A stretch of DNA of 64,000 bases from Hypanus sabinus (taxonomy: Eukaryota). Every line of letters begins with the position of its first letter. Positions within the stretch are counted from its first letter, which is position 1. Under the pieces are notes generated by a model, which had not been told where the DNA came from, made no database searches, and saw only the letters and a list, made by a program, of their open reading frames with translations. This document shows, in pieces, positions 37,025 through 49,320 of this stretch. The DNA lies in the NCBI RefSeq assembly GCF_030144855.1, contig NC_082714.1:95232001-95296000 (forward strand), written 5' to 3'. Both the position numbers and the translations under genes were made by a program.

Positions 37025-37840
37025 TGTAACACTGCAGGAACTTAGTGGGTCAGGCAGCATTAATGGAGAGGAATAAGCAGTCAACATTTCAGGCCGAGAC
37101 CCTTCATCAGGTTTGGAAAGGAAAGGGAAAGAAGGTGCGGGAGGGGGAGGAGTACAAGATTGCAGATAATAGGTGAGACCAAGTGAGGGGGATGAAGTAT
37201 GAAGCTGGGAGAAGATAGGTGGATGAGGTGAAGGGTTGAAGGAGGAATCTGATAGGAGAGTGGACCATGGAAGAAAGGGGAGGAGGGTCACCAGAGGGAG
37301 GCAATGGGCAGGTGAGAAGAGAATGGGTAAGGGGGAGTCAGAATGGCAAATGGAAGGATGGAGAAAGGGGAGAGGGGAGAAATTATTGTAAGTTACAGAA
37401 ATCGATGTTCATGCCCTCAGATTGGACGCTACCCAGAGGTATCGCTCGTCCAACCTGAGTGTGGCCTTGTCGTGACAGTAGAGCTGGCCATGGACTGACA
37501 TGTCGGAGTGGGAATGGGAAGTCAAATTGAAAAAGGTGGGCATTAAGAAATCCCACCTTTTCCAGTGGATGGAGCATAAGTGCTCAATGAAGTGGTCCCC
37601 TAATCTAAATTGAGTCTCAGCAGGAGCACCGGATACAGTAGACGACCCCGACAAACTCGCAGGTGAAGCATCGCCTCACCTGGAAGGACTGTTTGCGGCC
37701 CAGAATGGTGGTGAGGGAGGAGGTGAAGGGGCACTTGCCCCAATTACAGGAATAAGCGTCAGGAGGGAGATCAGTGGGCAGGAGAGTCATGAAGAGAGCA
37801 TGCACTGTGGAAAGTGGTGAGTTGGAGGTGGGGTGGGGGG
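37025..37840 (-). mobile_element. Penelope-like element 3' fragment
   Basis: SFQVRRCFTCEFVGVVYCIRCS; ETQFRLGDHFIEHL; LGSVQSEGMNIDF; terminal repeat with a CTGATGA...GAAA motif. Confidence 0.82.
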
Positions 37841-38543
37841 TGGTTACTGTATTCCTATCCATACTGCGTCTGCCCCAGGACTGCGTAATGGGACCAGGCA
37901 GAGGGAGCTCCGTTTCTAAACTGTGCTATATGTATCGGAATGTAGTTAAAACATTATTCCGCAACTGACCCACACCTTGCTTACCTTAGATTGTGTTACA
38001 GAACTGTCTAGAGGGTGAAAAATATCGAATATTTGAGAGAATGCGGCGTGCATTGTGGCAGACTGATTACGTGATGAATCGAACAGGCCTCCTCCACGTG
38101 GGAGGACCCCTTTTTGCGCAGGGCTTTATCTCGGCAGGCCCAGTTCATTGCTCCTGCTTTGCGGCTCGTGTACTCGTGTACTGCAGCTACTGAGATTCGG
38201 TACAAACATTTAATCCTACTGACTGGTCGTCATTCATGTCCCATGCATGCATAATAGAGGGGGTAAGATACAGAGTAAAGCCCATGCTGTTCTCATTTAA
38301 CAAGCCATTCAGCCTTTGCCTCTCTACTTTCCCCTGGTGATTCAACTTTGGTGTCGATCTATATACAGAAGAATCCCAACACTGCCTGGTGTGACAGAGA
38401 AGGTGGTGGAGAAAGGGCAAGTTTCTCTCCTTCAGTTGTGTTCTGATCTCCAGGCTTAGTAGATTTGAACTGCTGCCCTGTCGTTTTCCGGTTTGAAATA
38501 TCTCATTAATTAAACAGTGATTGCTGTGTCCCTAATTAAGATT

Positions 38544-38553
38544 CTAAATTTAG
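38544..38553. promoter_or_regulatory. Candidate MEF2 binding site CTAAATTTAG
   Basis: Perfect palindromic match to CTA(A/T)4TAG in non-repetitive intron sequence, ~560 bp downstream of the ATG exon. Motif match only. Confidence 0.35.
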
Positions 38554-39112
38554 CATTATAAAGGCACTGTGCATCACACTACTGCTATATATACACACAG
38601 TCTTGCCTGACTATGCAAATTTTTTCACTCCTCAATGGATTCTGCAGCTATTCACAAGCACATAAATAACAAACGCTGCTGTACGGCACACTTCCTGTTC
38701 TGCAGGGCTGGAGATAACCTGACTTGGGGTTAGAGGACTGTATGTGCGTGGGTGAGAGAGAGGAACGGGGCTTGTTTGGCTGTTGTTTTGTTGCTTGTTG
38801 TGGTTTGTTGCTCTGCCAAGCAGCGTGAGCATGCAATGTTGGTGCTGGAATGCCTGGCAACATTTGCGGGCTGCCTTTAGGTTGTGTTGGTTGTTAACGC
38901 AAACGACGCAGCTCACTGTATGTTTCAATGTAAACACAATAAATAAACTTGAATCCCTGCAGCTCTGGAGGGCCAATTCAGAGAACCGTCTGTGTGTGAG
39001 AGTATATATGCGTGCAGACTGCTGCGATGCCACCCCTAGATGAGCTGCTCGGAGACCAAAGCAGATGATGGTGAATAGACATACTGGGGTAAAGGCTGAT
39101 CCGCTGAGTTAC

Positions 39113-39166
39113 CTGCCGGTTGCGCTCATCCACGATGCGTGTGATCTGAATCTTTTTGCGCCCCAT
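39113..39166 (-). CDS. MEF2D: MEF2D first coding exon (MADS-box N-terminus, MGRKKIQITRIVDERNRQ)
   Basis: ATG at 39166-39164, then 54 nt of MEF2 MADS N-terminus. Donor CAG|GTAACT (GT at 39112-39111), phase 0, matching the conserved MEF2 intron position. Confidence 0.97.
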
Positions 39167-39287
39167 GCTTTCTGCTGGGGCCCCTGGAGAATGGTGGTCT
39201 GAATACTGTTCTTGTTCAAGTCTGCCGTCAAACTCCTTAGATCATTGCCGGCTCTCTGCTCTCCCGGGGGCAGTCTGATGCATAAAC
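39167..39287 (-). other. MEF2D: 5' UTR portion of the ATG-containing exon
   Basis: Acceptor ggctttgccttgcag|G with AG at 39289-39288, 121 nt upstream of the ATG. Vertebrate MEF2 genes have non-coding upstream exons. No transcript evidence. Confidence 0.7.
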
Positions 39288-40154
39288 CTGCAAGGCAAAG
39301 CCATTCAGATTGACATTTCAGAACCTCACAAGTGATTCAGATCCCAGAATTACAACCACACTTGCAGCCGTACAGCATGGAACCCAGCCCTTCGACCCGA
39401 CTCCTAAATACTGACCCAGATGCCCATCCAAGCTAACCCCACTTGCCCATATCCCTTTAATATTTTCCTATCCAAATCTATTTTAACTGTTGTTACTGTA
39501 CCTACCTCAACCACTTCCTCTAGTACCTACCACCCTCTGTGTGGTAAAGTTGCCCTCAGGTCCCTCTTCAACCTCTCCCCTCTCACCTTAAACCCGTGCC
39601 CTCTAGCTATTAATTCACCAACGCTGAGGAAAAAGATAGAGTACGTTGACCCTATCTATGCATCCCCACCTCCCAGCCCCATGATTTTACACACCTTCAA
39701 CTTCCCAAATAAATTGGCCAAGAGCTACACTGAACTGAACTTGGTCAGAGTTCCCAACAGTCCATGGTGCTTACGTTCCACAAGCAATTTCGACATACAT
39801 TCTCTGTTCAAACCTAGTTGGCTAATCACCCGTGTCCGCACTGACATATCCCGTGTGTGCAGTAACATAACCCTCAATTCTCACAGTATTATCTCACTTT
39901 GATGAAGCCCTACCCCAAAGTCCTGTATGCACATCATAAGACATTGGAACAAATTAGGCCATTCTGCCCATCAAGCCTGTTCCGCCATTCAATCATGGTT
40001 GATTTATTATCACTCTCAACCACATTCTGCTGCCTTCTCCCTGTAGCATTTGAAACCCTGACTAAGTATACCCAACGACTTAGTCTCCATAGCCATTTGT
40101 GTCAATGAATTCTACAGATGCACTATCCTCTGGCTAAAGAAATTCCTCTCCATA

Positions 40155-41342
40155 TATAACCATATAACAATTACAGCACGGAAACAGGCCACCTCGGCCT
40201 TTCTAGTCCGTGCCAAATGTTTACTCTCATCTAGTCCTACTGGCCCGCACTCAGCCCATAACCCTCCATTCCTTTCCTGTCCATATACCTATCCAATTTT
40301 ACTTTAAATGACAATTCCGAACCTGTCTCTACCACTTCTACTGGAAGCTCATTCCACAGAGCTACCACTCTCTGAGTAAAGAAATTCCCTCTCGTGTTAC
40401 CCCTAAACTTTTGCCCCCAACTCTCAACTCATATCCTCTTATTTGAATCTCCCCTACTCTCAATGGAAAAAGCCTATCCACATCAACTCTATCTATCCCC
40501 CTCATAATTTTAAATACCTCTATCAAGTCCCCCCTCAACCTTCTACGCCCCAAAGAATAAAGACCTAACTTGTTCAATCTTTCCCTGTAACTTAGGTGCT
40601 GAAATCCAGGTAACATTCTCGTAAATCTTCTCTGTATTCTATTTATTTGATATCTTTCCTGTAATTTGGTGACCAGAACTGTACACAATACTCCAAATTC
40701 GGCCTTACCAATGCCTTGTATAATTTTAACATTACATCCCATCTCCTATACTCAATGCTCTGATTTATAAAGGCCAGCATACCAAAAGCTTTCTTCACCA
40801 CCCTATCCACATGAGATTCCACCTTCAGGGAACTATGCACCATTATTCCTAGATCACTCTGTTCTACTGCATTCTTCAATGCCCTACCATTTACCATGTA
40901 TGTCCTATTTGGATTATTCCTACCAAAATGTAGCACCTTACACTTATCAGCATTAAACTTCATCTGCCATCGTTCAGCCCACTCTTCTAACTGGCCTAAA
41001 TCTCTCTGCAAGCTTTGAAAGCCTACTTCATTATCCACAATGCCATCTACCTTACTACTGCGTACTTACTAATCCAATTTACCACCGCATCATCCAGATC
41101 ATTAATGTAAATGACAAACAACATTGGACCCAGTACAGATCCCTGAGGCACACCACTAGTCACCGGCCTCCAACCTGACAAACAGTTATCCACCAATACT
41201 CTCTGGCATCTCCCATCCAGCCACAGTTGAATCCATTTTACTACTTCAATATTAATACCTAACGATTGAGCCTTCCTAACTAACCTTCCATGCAGAACCT
41301 TGTCAAAGGCCTTACTGAAGTCCATATAGACAACATCCACTC
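40155..41342 (-). mobile_element. Young 5'-truncated CR1 LINE (RT domain), nested in an older CR1 tail
   Basis: Long open RT segments ([11 protein letters not shown]; [10 protein letters not shown]; QLEEWAERWQMKFN; LEYCVQFWSP; RRRLRGDLIEVFKIM). The older CR1 tail at ~39940-40150 resumes at ~41343. Confidence 0.92.
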
Positions 41343-43332
41343 TCATCTCTGTTCTAAATGGATGTCCTTCTATTCTGAGGCTATGCCCTCTAGCCCTAGA
41401 CTCCCCCAATGCAGTTAACAACCTCTCCGTCAACTCTATCTCGGCCTTTCAATTTAGGAGTTTCTGTGCTGCTGTTTGATGAGCAGCCCAATCCCCATTC
41501 CAAATACTTACTCACTCCATCAGCTGCAGGACTGAGGGATAAGGCCCTTCACTGAGACAGCACAGCCACTGACACAGTCAGCTCTAACGATAGAGCCTTC
41601 AGCAGACAACTAGCACCTCACTATCTCCTTATCCCAAATACACAACCAGCCAACCCCAGGTAAGGGTTACGAGTTAGAACAGATCAATGACTCAGGAGAG
41701 CCACAGAGTGGGATGTTAAAGACTGGGAGGCTTCTCCACAGGCACCAGAGAATCAGGCAAATGCCCACTGCAGAACCTCACGTATAGACACAGATATTAC
41801 GAACCATTCACGTTTCCAGAAAGTCAAAGCGATGAAGTCCAGGACCATGGGAATGGAAACAACGTTCAGCTCGTTGAAAATCACAGACAACCTGTAACAC
41901 AAAGAGATTCACCTTCACCGGAGAGCTCCAGATTGAAACAGACTGTGACAGTCTAGGGATTTCCACTGTGTCTAATCTGTAATATCCCTGTCCTGGAGTG
42001 TGTGATGGGATGGCATGGAGGGAGCTCCACTTTGTGTCTGACTCTGGGAGTGTGTGGTGGAACGCTGTGGAGGGATACACTAAGACCCTATGGTGCTCAG
42101 CAGATCCACAGATGGCCAGAGCACTCAGAGCTCAAGGGCATGCAGCTGATGCCCACATTGTGTGCCCTCTAAGCCTCTGAACACACACACACTGGACAGG
42201 CTGAAAAGGAATGTCCTCATCTCACCAGACAGCGACAATCCCTCTCCATCAGGTGCCCGAAGAGCTGGAGCGTGGGACTGAAGTCTGACCAGTTGACAAG
42301 TACCCCTTCAACACTATTACAGAACCAGCTATAGGATTGGATTCCACCCACCCACCCCCACCAATGTCTCCCCATGACCATGTGGGTTTCCCTCAAGTGC
42401 TCCAGTCTCCTCCCACATTCCAAAGATGTACCATTTAGGGTTAGTGAGTTGTGGACATGCCAGAACCATCGCGACACTTGCAAGGTGCCCCAGCACAAAG
42501 TTCCTTATTTTGATTTGATGCAAACAACACATTTTGCTGAATGGTCCAACGTACATGTGACAATAAAGCTAATCTCAATATCTTTTATACATAAGAACAA
42601 GTTGCAGTCTCACACATCCCAATTTTGGGACATGGACTTGAGCAGGCTCTAGAAATGGTAGGAAACTTGGCACGCTGCACCTGTTGCTTGGGAGTACTCC
42701 GTACAGAACTCTGCAGCCCAAGGTCCCACTAAGAGAGGTCAGGCTTCTCCGGATCAAAGGCAGAACAGCCACAGTGTATCTGGACAGTAACTGTGGGCAA
42801 GGAAGTAAAAGGTGTGCAGAAAGGAGGTTTCACTTCCATGCTGTGTGGAATGGCTGAGGGGGCTTTCCAAACTATGCATTGGCTCTTGAGGAAGGTTTTG
42901 GGTAAACAATTCTAGCCCGAGAAAATCAGGAGCATCTCATACGTGCATTCCCTCAATACCCAGTGATGTGGTTCTCCCTCTAGCACCCAAGACATCCCAA
43001 GGTCCATCCAACGTGACGGCACCTCTCTTCCACCAGTTGGATGGGTCACTGACTGTGGGTAAGCCCAAGAAGTCCCGATAAAAAGGCTGACAATTCCCTC
43101 AGATCATCATAGTTGATGCCTGCCACCAGAAACATTCTAAAGGTTGTGCACCGATGGAAGAATGTATTTGTTACTGTAGGAATGCTTTACAGATATCTCT
43201 GCAGTGTCCAAAGTCTGAGTCACCACTCAGGGACAGATACACAGAAATAACTGACCAACAAAAAGACTGCATCAGGAGCAGAGACCAGTGCGGACAGCTT
43301 CACTCACCTCAACGCTGAACTGATTCACAACA

Positions 43333-43878
43333 TACAGTACTATGCAAAAATCATAGGCAAATGAACATACAGTAGCTAGAGTGGCTAAGACTTTTGCACA
43401 GTACTGTAGTAATTTTATGCATAGCACTGTACCGCTGCCACACAAAAAAAAAATCATGAAATATGAGAGTGCTGATAAACCTGAATCTGATACGGGTCTC
43501 TACTGTGGACTGAGAATGGGAAGACAGCAGAGAGAGGGGAATCATAGTTGGAAAAAGGGGAAGAGAGAGGAGAAGGAACAGGAAGTATCAGAGAGACATT
43601 CTGTAATGAACAATAAACCAATTGCTTGGAATCAAATGATCTCAGGGCTGGGTGTGTCTGCACCAGTGCTAGCCCCTACCCGACACTCCTTCATTGCCAC
43701 CTGTCCCACACCCCCCGCCCACCCGGCGGTGCTCCACCCTCGACACTGCCAACATCCTTTGCTCTAGCCAGATTCACAAACTTGTTCTCCACTCCATCTT
43801 GACAAATACAGTACTGTGCAAAAGTTTTAGGAACCCTAGCTACAAATATGTGCTTAAGACTTCTGCCCAGTACTGTAT
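43333..43878. mobile_element. Composite non-autonomous Tc1/mariner-like element, copy 2
   Basis: tacagtactatgcaaaaa...cttttgcacagtactgta, then a core, then tacagtactgtgcaaaag...cccagtactgta. The core is homologous to 8600-8970. Confidence 0.65.
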
Positions 43879-45859
43879 GGATTCACTTTCAAGGACTCTA
43901 CCACTCGTGTTATTTATTTACTTATTTATCATTTTTTGTCTCTTGCACATTGATTGTGGGTAGTTTTTCACTGATTTTATTGTATTTCTTTGTTCCACTG
44001 TGAACGCCTGCAAGGAAATTAATCTCAGGGTACTATATGGTGACACATACATACTTTGATGATAACTGTACCTTGACTTTGAAATTTGAGACCCAGTGCT
44101 GCCTTCTGCCCAAAAGATACCCACCAGCTTCTTCCGGATATTGGCGAGACCAAAGTGGCAGCTACTTTTTTAATATGGCAGTCACCACCCTAGTTTAGGA
44201 TTTGGAACAGATTTGCCCCCTCCCTAGGCAAGTGGTAACTTTTGCCTCCAGCTCCTGTCAGCCTGCCAACCAGGCTTCCTGGTGAAGACTTAGGTGTGTG
44301 CTTATCTCTGGCAATGAGCCCACTTGCAACTGGCCCTCCTGGTGTCTGGAACAGCCGAACCGTGTGGTTAGAAAGGCCTACAGGCGACTCCGATGGATAG
44401 GTCATGGCATTTGGACACCTAATTCATGTCTCCCCAAACAGATCCATTACTCCCAGTTGAAGGAATGTCAGTGAGCCCCTCGTGGGCAAAGGAAACACTT
44501 CAAAGATAAACATCACAATCAGTCTGGAGAAATTCAACAATACACCTAAAATCTAGGAAGGCATTATACTCAATAGATGTACCTAGAGGAAATCTTTGCA
44601 AGAGGTACCTGCGCTACCTGACAGCGAACTCTGCTATGTCACAGAGAACAAGTTGGCAGCTGCAAAAGGAGAGAATGAACAACCAAAGGATCCAATGACT
44701 AACCAGAGCCCACACTGCACCAGAATATGTGGATCCCAGACCGGCCTCTACAGACAATCCCTTAGGAGAGTACCAGGCTCGACTCAAATGATGGCACTAC
44801 TACTAAGCACTCACACATCCTCCATGATTTGGTGGGATGTGTAACTCCAAGAAGCGCATTTGCAGAGGGGCAAACTCACCCACATGCATCAGAGGAGACA
44901 ATGGAAATGGCTCCATACAAATGGAGCACCAGTGACCAGGAATAAGGCACTCATGAGCCACATCCGCCACAACAAATAGACGTACATTGGACACAGGAAA
45001 AGAAACAAGGACCAAGTCAAACCATGTATAGAGGAGGCCCTCTGTTGTTGGGATCGACCATGGATGCTGCTTGTGTTCAATACACAAGCCAGTGGTACAA
45101 TATGCAGGGGAAGATGTTGCCCATGCAGTAGGCTGCTCTTCACCTTGCATCTGCTGAATCCAAAGGAGTAAGAGATGCAGTTCGTCACCAGCGACATTGC
45201 AGGAGCTGTCAAGTAAGCATTGAACTCATGTAGGATTGCTTTATGGATGCCAGCACTGGACTTCTCCTCTGCGTTTATTCCCGAAGCCTTCCCCATGAGT
45301 GTGTACAGCTGCAAGGCAGTGGAGGTTTGATATCAGAATTTTCCTTTTCCTAGATGAGCTGTCAACTGTAGCTGATGAGCCCCACTTGTTCAAAGCAACT
45401 GGTTTTAAGGCTTCAGTAACCCACCTTTGCCCCTTCTCCAGTCAGTAGAAACTGTTCCACTGGGCTTAGTAGCTAGGCCACACGTCATGGCCAGGCATGG
45501 TTGTCAGAGGCTATTTGAGATGCATACCAGTGGAAACATTTAATAGGCAGTTTAAGTTTATCGCCACTACCACCCCTTGCAGCTATGAAAACTTACTTGT
45601 GATGTTGGTCAGAGAAGCGACAGGCAATCAACACTTGAGTTATATGTACAAGGTGGACCAGGTCCCAGATTAGATGGGTGTTATACTAAATGGACTAGTC
45701 CAGGGCTGTGTAGGAACAGCCAGGATAGATCACGTGGGCCAGTACAGAGCCCAAGCCGAGGTCCTGTAAACTTATACAGATGAGGGATCCCCCCTCCATA
45801 CTGTATAGCCTTTTTCTCCTTGTGAGCACTGCCTGACTTGATCAGTAACTCCATTACCG

Positions 45860-46905
45860 AAGACTAGTGGTCTTCCACAGGAGTCTGTGTTGGGACCATT
45901 TCTTTTCCCATTACGTCAGTGATTTGGATGTTGGAATTGATAGCTGTGTAGTCAAATTTGCAGACAATATGAAGATAGTGGAGGGGTAGGTACTTTTGAG
46001 GAAGGAGAGAGGTCACAGAAGGACATAAAACAGATTAGGAGAATGAGCAATGAAGTGGTAGATGGAATACAGTATTGGGAAGTGCACGGTCATGCAATTT
46101 GGTAGAAGAAATAGAAGGGTAGTCTATTTTCTAAATGGAGAAAAAAATTCAAAAGTCTGAGGTGCAGAGGGACTTGGGAGTCCTCGTGCAGGATTACTAA
46201 ATGGTCAATTTGTAGGTTGAGTCAGTGGTGAGGAAGGCACATGTGATGTTAGCATTCACTTCCAGAGGACTAGGATATAAAAACAAAGATGTAAAGCTGA
46301 GGATTTATAAAGCACTGCTGAGGCCTCACTTGGAGTATTGTGAACAGTTTTGGGCCCCTCTTACTTAAGTGGGTTCAAAGGAGGTTCATGAAAATAATAC
46401 TAGGATTAAAAGTCTTGTCACATGAGGAGCATTTGATGCCACTGGACCTCTACTCAATTAAGAAGAATGAGGGGTAACCTTATTGAAACCTACCGAATGG
46501 TGAAAGGCTTCGATAGAGTGGATGTGGAGAGGATGCTTCCTATGGTGGGGGGAAGTCTAAGACCAGAGGGCATAACCTCAGAATAAAAGGATATCCTTTT
46601 AGAACTGAGGTGAGGAGGAATTACTTAGCCAGCAAGTTCACTGCCACAGGTAGTTGTGGAGGCCAGGTTATTGGGTATATTTAAGGCAGAGGTTGGTAAA
46701 TTATTGATTAGTCTGGCATGAAGGGATACAGGAAGAAGGCAGGAGACTGGGGCTGAGAAGAGAAGCTGATAGATATTTCAGGGTGGATGCTGCAAGACCC
46801 TGATCCTCACTACCACTGCTGCTACATCAACAATGATGAAATGGCATTGCAGACTTGATGGGCCAAAGGGCCTAATTCTGCTCCTGTATCTTATCATCTT
46901 ATGGC
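45860..46905 (+). mobile_element. CR1 LINE 3' portion
   Basis: Homologous to the reverse complement of 10623-11620 (PQESVLGP...tggagtattgtgaacagttttgggcccc...3' UTR). Confidence 0.85.
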
Positions 46906-47379
46906 CTTAAGACATAGGAGCAGGATTGGTCATTTTGGACTATTGAGTCTTATACATCATTCAATCATTGAACACAGAACATAACAGCACATTACATGCC
47001 CTAACTCACTCAACCTATCTCCACTTAAATCATGTCTGATTTATTATCCCTCTCAACACCATTCTGCTTTTGTTAGGAAACTGCCCTGCTCCACAAGAGA
47101 GGCATCAATCAATCACTGAACTTCTCCCCATAACCAATACATCCTCTCAAACCCCAGGACATCAACGAAAACCCTCTGGATCCATGATGTGTGGTTCGAA
47201 ATCATACAGCTCCCCAGGGGAAGAAGGCGAGGCGTGGTCCCAAGGTCTAGATCCACAAACTCACTTACATGCCTCAGCACCTGGTGTGGCCTCCAATTCT
47301 CGAAACATCTACTACAGGGTCATAACCTTGTGGCTCAACTGAAGAGACACTGTAAACTGTGTACCCTTTCCTTGAGGCA

Positions 47380-47840
47380 CAAGGGATTCTGCAGATGCTG
47401 GAAATTTTGAGTAATGCACAAACTACTGGTGGAACTCAGCAGGTCAGGCAGCATCTATGGAGGGGAATAATCAGTTGATGTTTTGAGCTGAGACCCTAAG
47501 GCAGCGGGGGAGGTGGAGGAGTACAAGATAGTAAGTGATGGGTGAGAGGGGAAAGTGGGTGGTTGGAGGAGGGGGAATGAAATAAGGAGAAATGATAGGT
47601 GGAGGCCGAAGGTGGAGGAATCTGATAGGAGAGGACATAGGACCATGGGAGAAAGGGAAGGAGGAAAAGCAAAGTAAGGTGATAGGCAGGTGAGCGCCAT
47701 TTTGTACTCCTTCCTCTCTGCACATCATCTTATTTTGGCTTCTGCCACTTTCCTTTCCAATCCTGATGAAGGGTCTTGGCTTGAAAAGTTGACTGTATTT
47801 CTCATCACAGATGCTGCCTGGCCCATTGAGTTCCTCCATC
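47380..47840. mobile_element. Two Penelope-like terminal fragments in inverted arrangement
   Basis: ggaactcagcaggtcaggcagcatct at ~47431 and its complement gatgctgcctggcccattgagttcc at ~47810. Confidence 0.65.
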
Positions 47841-48744
47841 GCTTTGTTCCAGGCGTTCTGTTTCAAACCCCCTTTTCTGAGCTGCACTCCTCTTGCCCTG
47901 GGCTGCGTGGAGGGAGCCTTCTTCTACAACTTAATTTATATTTTACCTACCTTGGAGTTGCTGGTGTCTCAGGAAGGTGGGTGGCCCTCCAGAAAGCACT
48001 GGGAGTCAGAAAGCGGATAGATATTTCAGAGTGGATGCTGCAGACCCTGATCCTCACTACCAGGGCTGCTACATCAACAATCTGCATCAGCCTTTCTCAC
48101 TGGTGGACAGGCAGAGACAGCTGGTGACAGGAACCGAGTCCACCCTTCCTCTGTAAGGCAGTTGCGACCCAAGGATCTAATTACGCTCATTAAAGCAGCA
48201 CACAGCGTAGAATCACAATCCTCCCACTGTTGAGGATTCATTTCCATCCCCGTCGAGTCCAACCAGACCCACAGTTCACGATTCAAGATTGTTTAATGTC
48301 ATTTCAAGTACACAAGTGTAAAGGAGAACAAAATGATTGTTCCTCCAGATCCAACACAGCACAAAAAAATACAATAAGATAAAGTACGCAATAATAAGAA
48401 AAAAAACACAACAAATATAAATACAGAAAATACCTTATTATCTACATTGATTCCATGTCTATAAGGTTGATGGTAGGTACACAAGGTGGATAAAGTAGTG
48501 GTGGTTAGTGGTTGTTGAGGGATACAATAGTAGGTGGAGGTGTTGATTAGCCTTACAGCTTGGACAGGCGCTCCTGGTGTGAATGCTATGCAGCCTCTTC
48601 CCTGATGGAGGTAGGGCAAGCAATCCATGAGGTGGGTGGGATCCTTCACATTACTGGCCCTTCATAACTCAGCTACCGTGTAGTGATGGGGAGGGACAAA
48701 GCTGTTGAGATGCTTCTCGTGGGGGGGAGGTGGGGGAGTGTGCT

Positions 48745-49320
48745 CAGGCACACTTAACGAAGCCTGACGAACACAGCGCCCTACACCTACTAACATCATT
48801 TACAGACTTGCAGGCATTGCTCCCCCCAGAGATCTGAAGACACACTACAACAAAAATTGAAAAAGGTAAACAGAAGTCGGATCCACGGCACCCACTATCT
48901 CATCATGTGACAGTTTCCATCCGCCTAAAATCAAGGGAACCGCACGGAACACCACCCCCACCCCCCGCCCAAACATACAGGATTGACCTCTAGCAACAAA
49001 CAGAAGCCAGAACTCTACCAAACAATACAGTGCAAGACCCCACAGAAATGCTGCCAGACCCCGGGGGCACTGCTTGTCGGACGGAAGTGGTGCACTCTCA
49101 ACAGAGCGAGAGCAGGAGTTTGTAGGATGGGAGACAATATGGTGAAGTGGGGTTTAAAGACCAGTGAATCCTGTGAGTGTGGCAAAAGGGTGCAGAACAT
49201 TGAACACGTTCTGCACAACTGCCCACTCTCACCTGATTTTGCTGACACTGACCAGCTCAACATCAACCAAACAACACTAGAGTGGCTGGCTGTCTGGTGT
49301 GACAAGCTATGATGATGACT
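48745..49320 (+). mobile_element. Non-LTR retrotransposon 3' end (Ingi/Vingi- or RTE-X-like)
   Basis: C-terminus WCTLNRARAGV...WG...CECG...IEHVLHNCPL (CCHC knuckle) ending directly in a (TGA)n tail. Confidence 0.7.
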
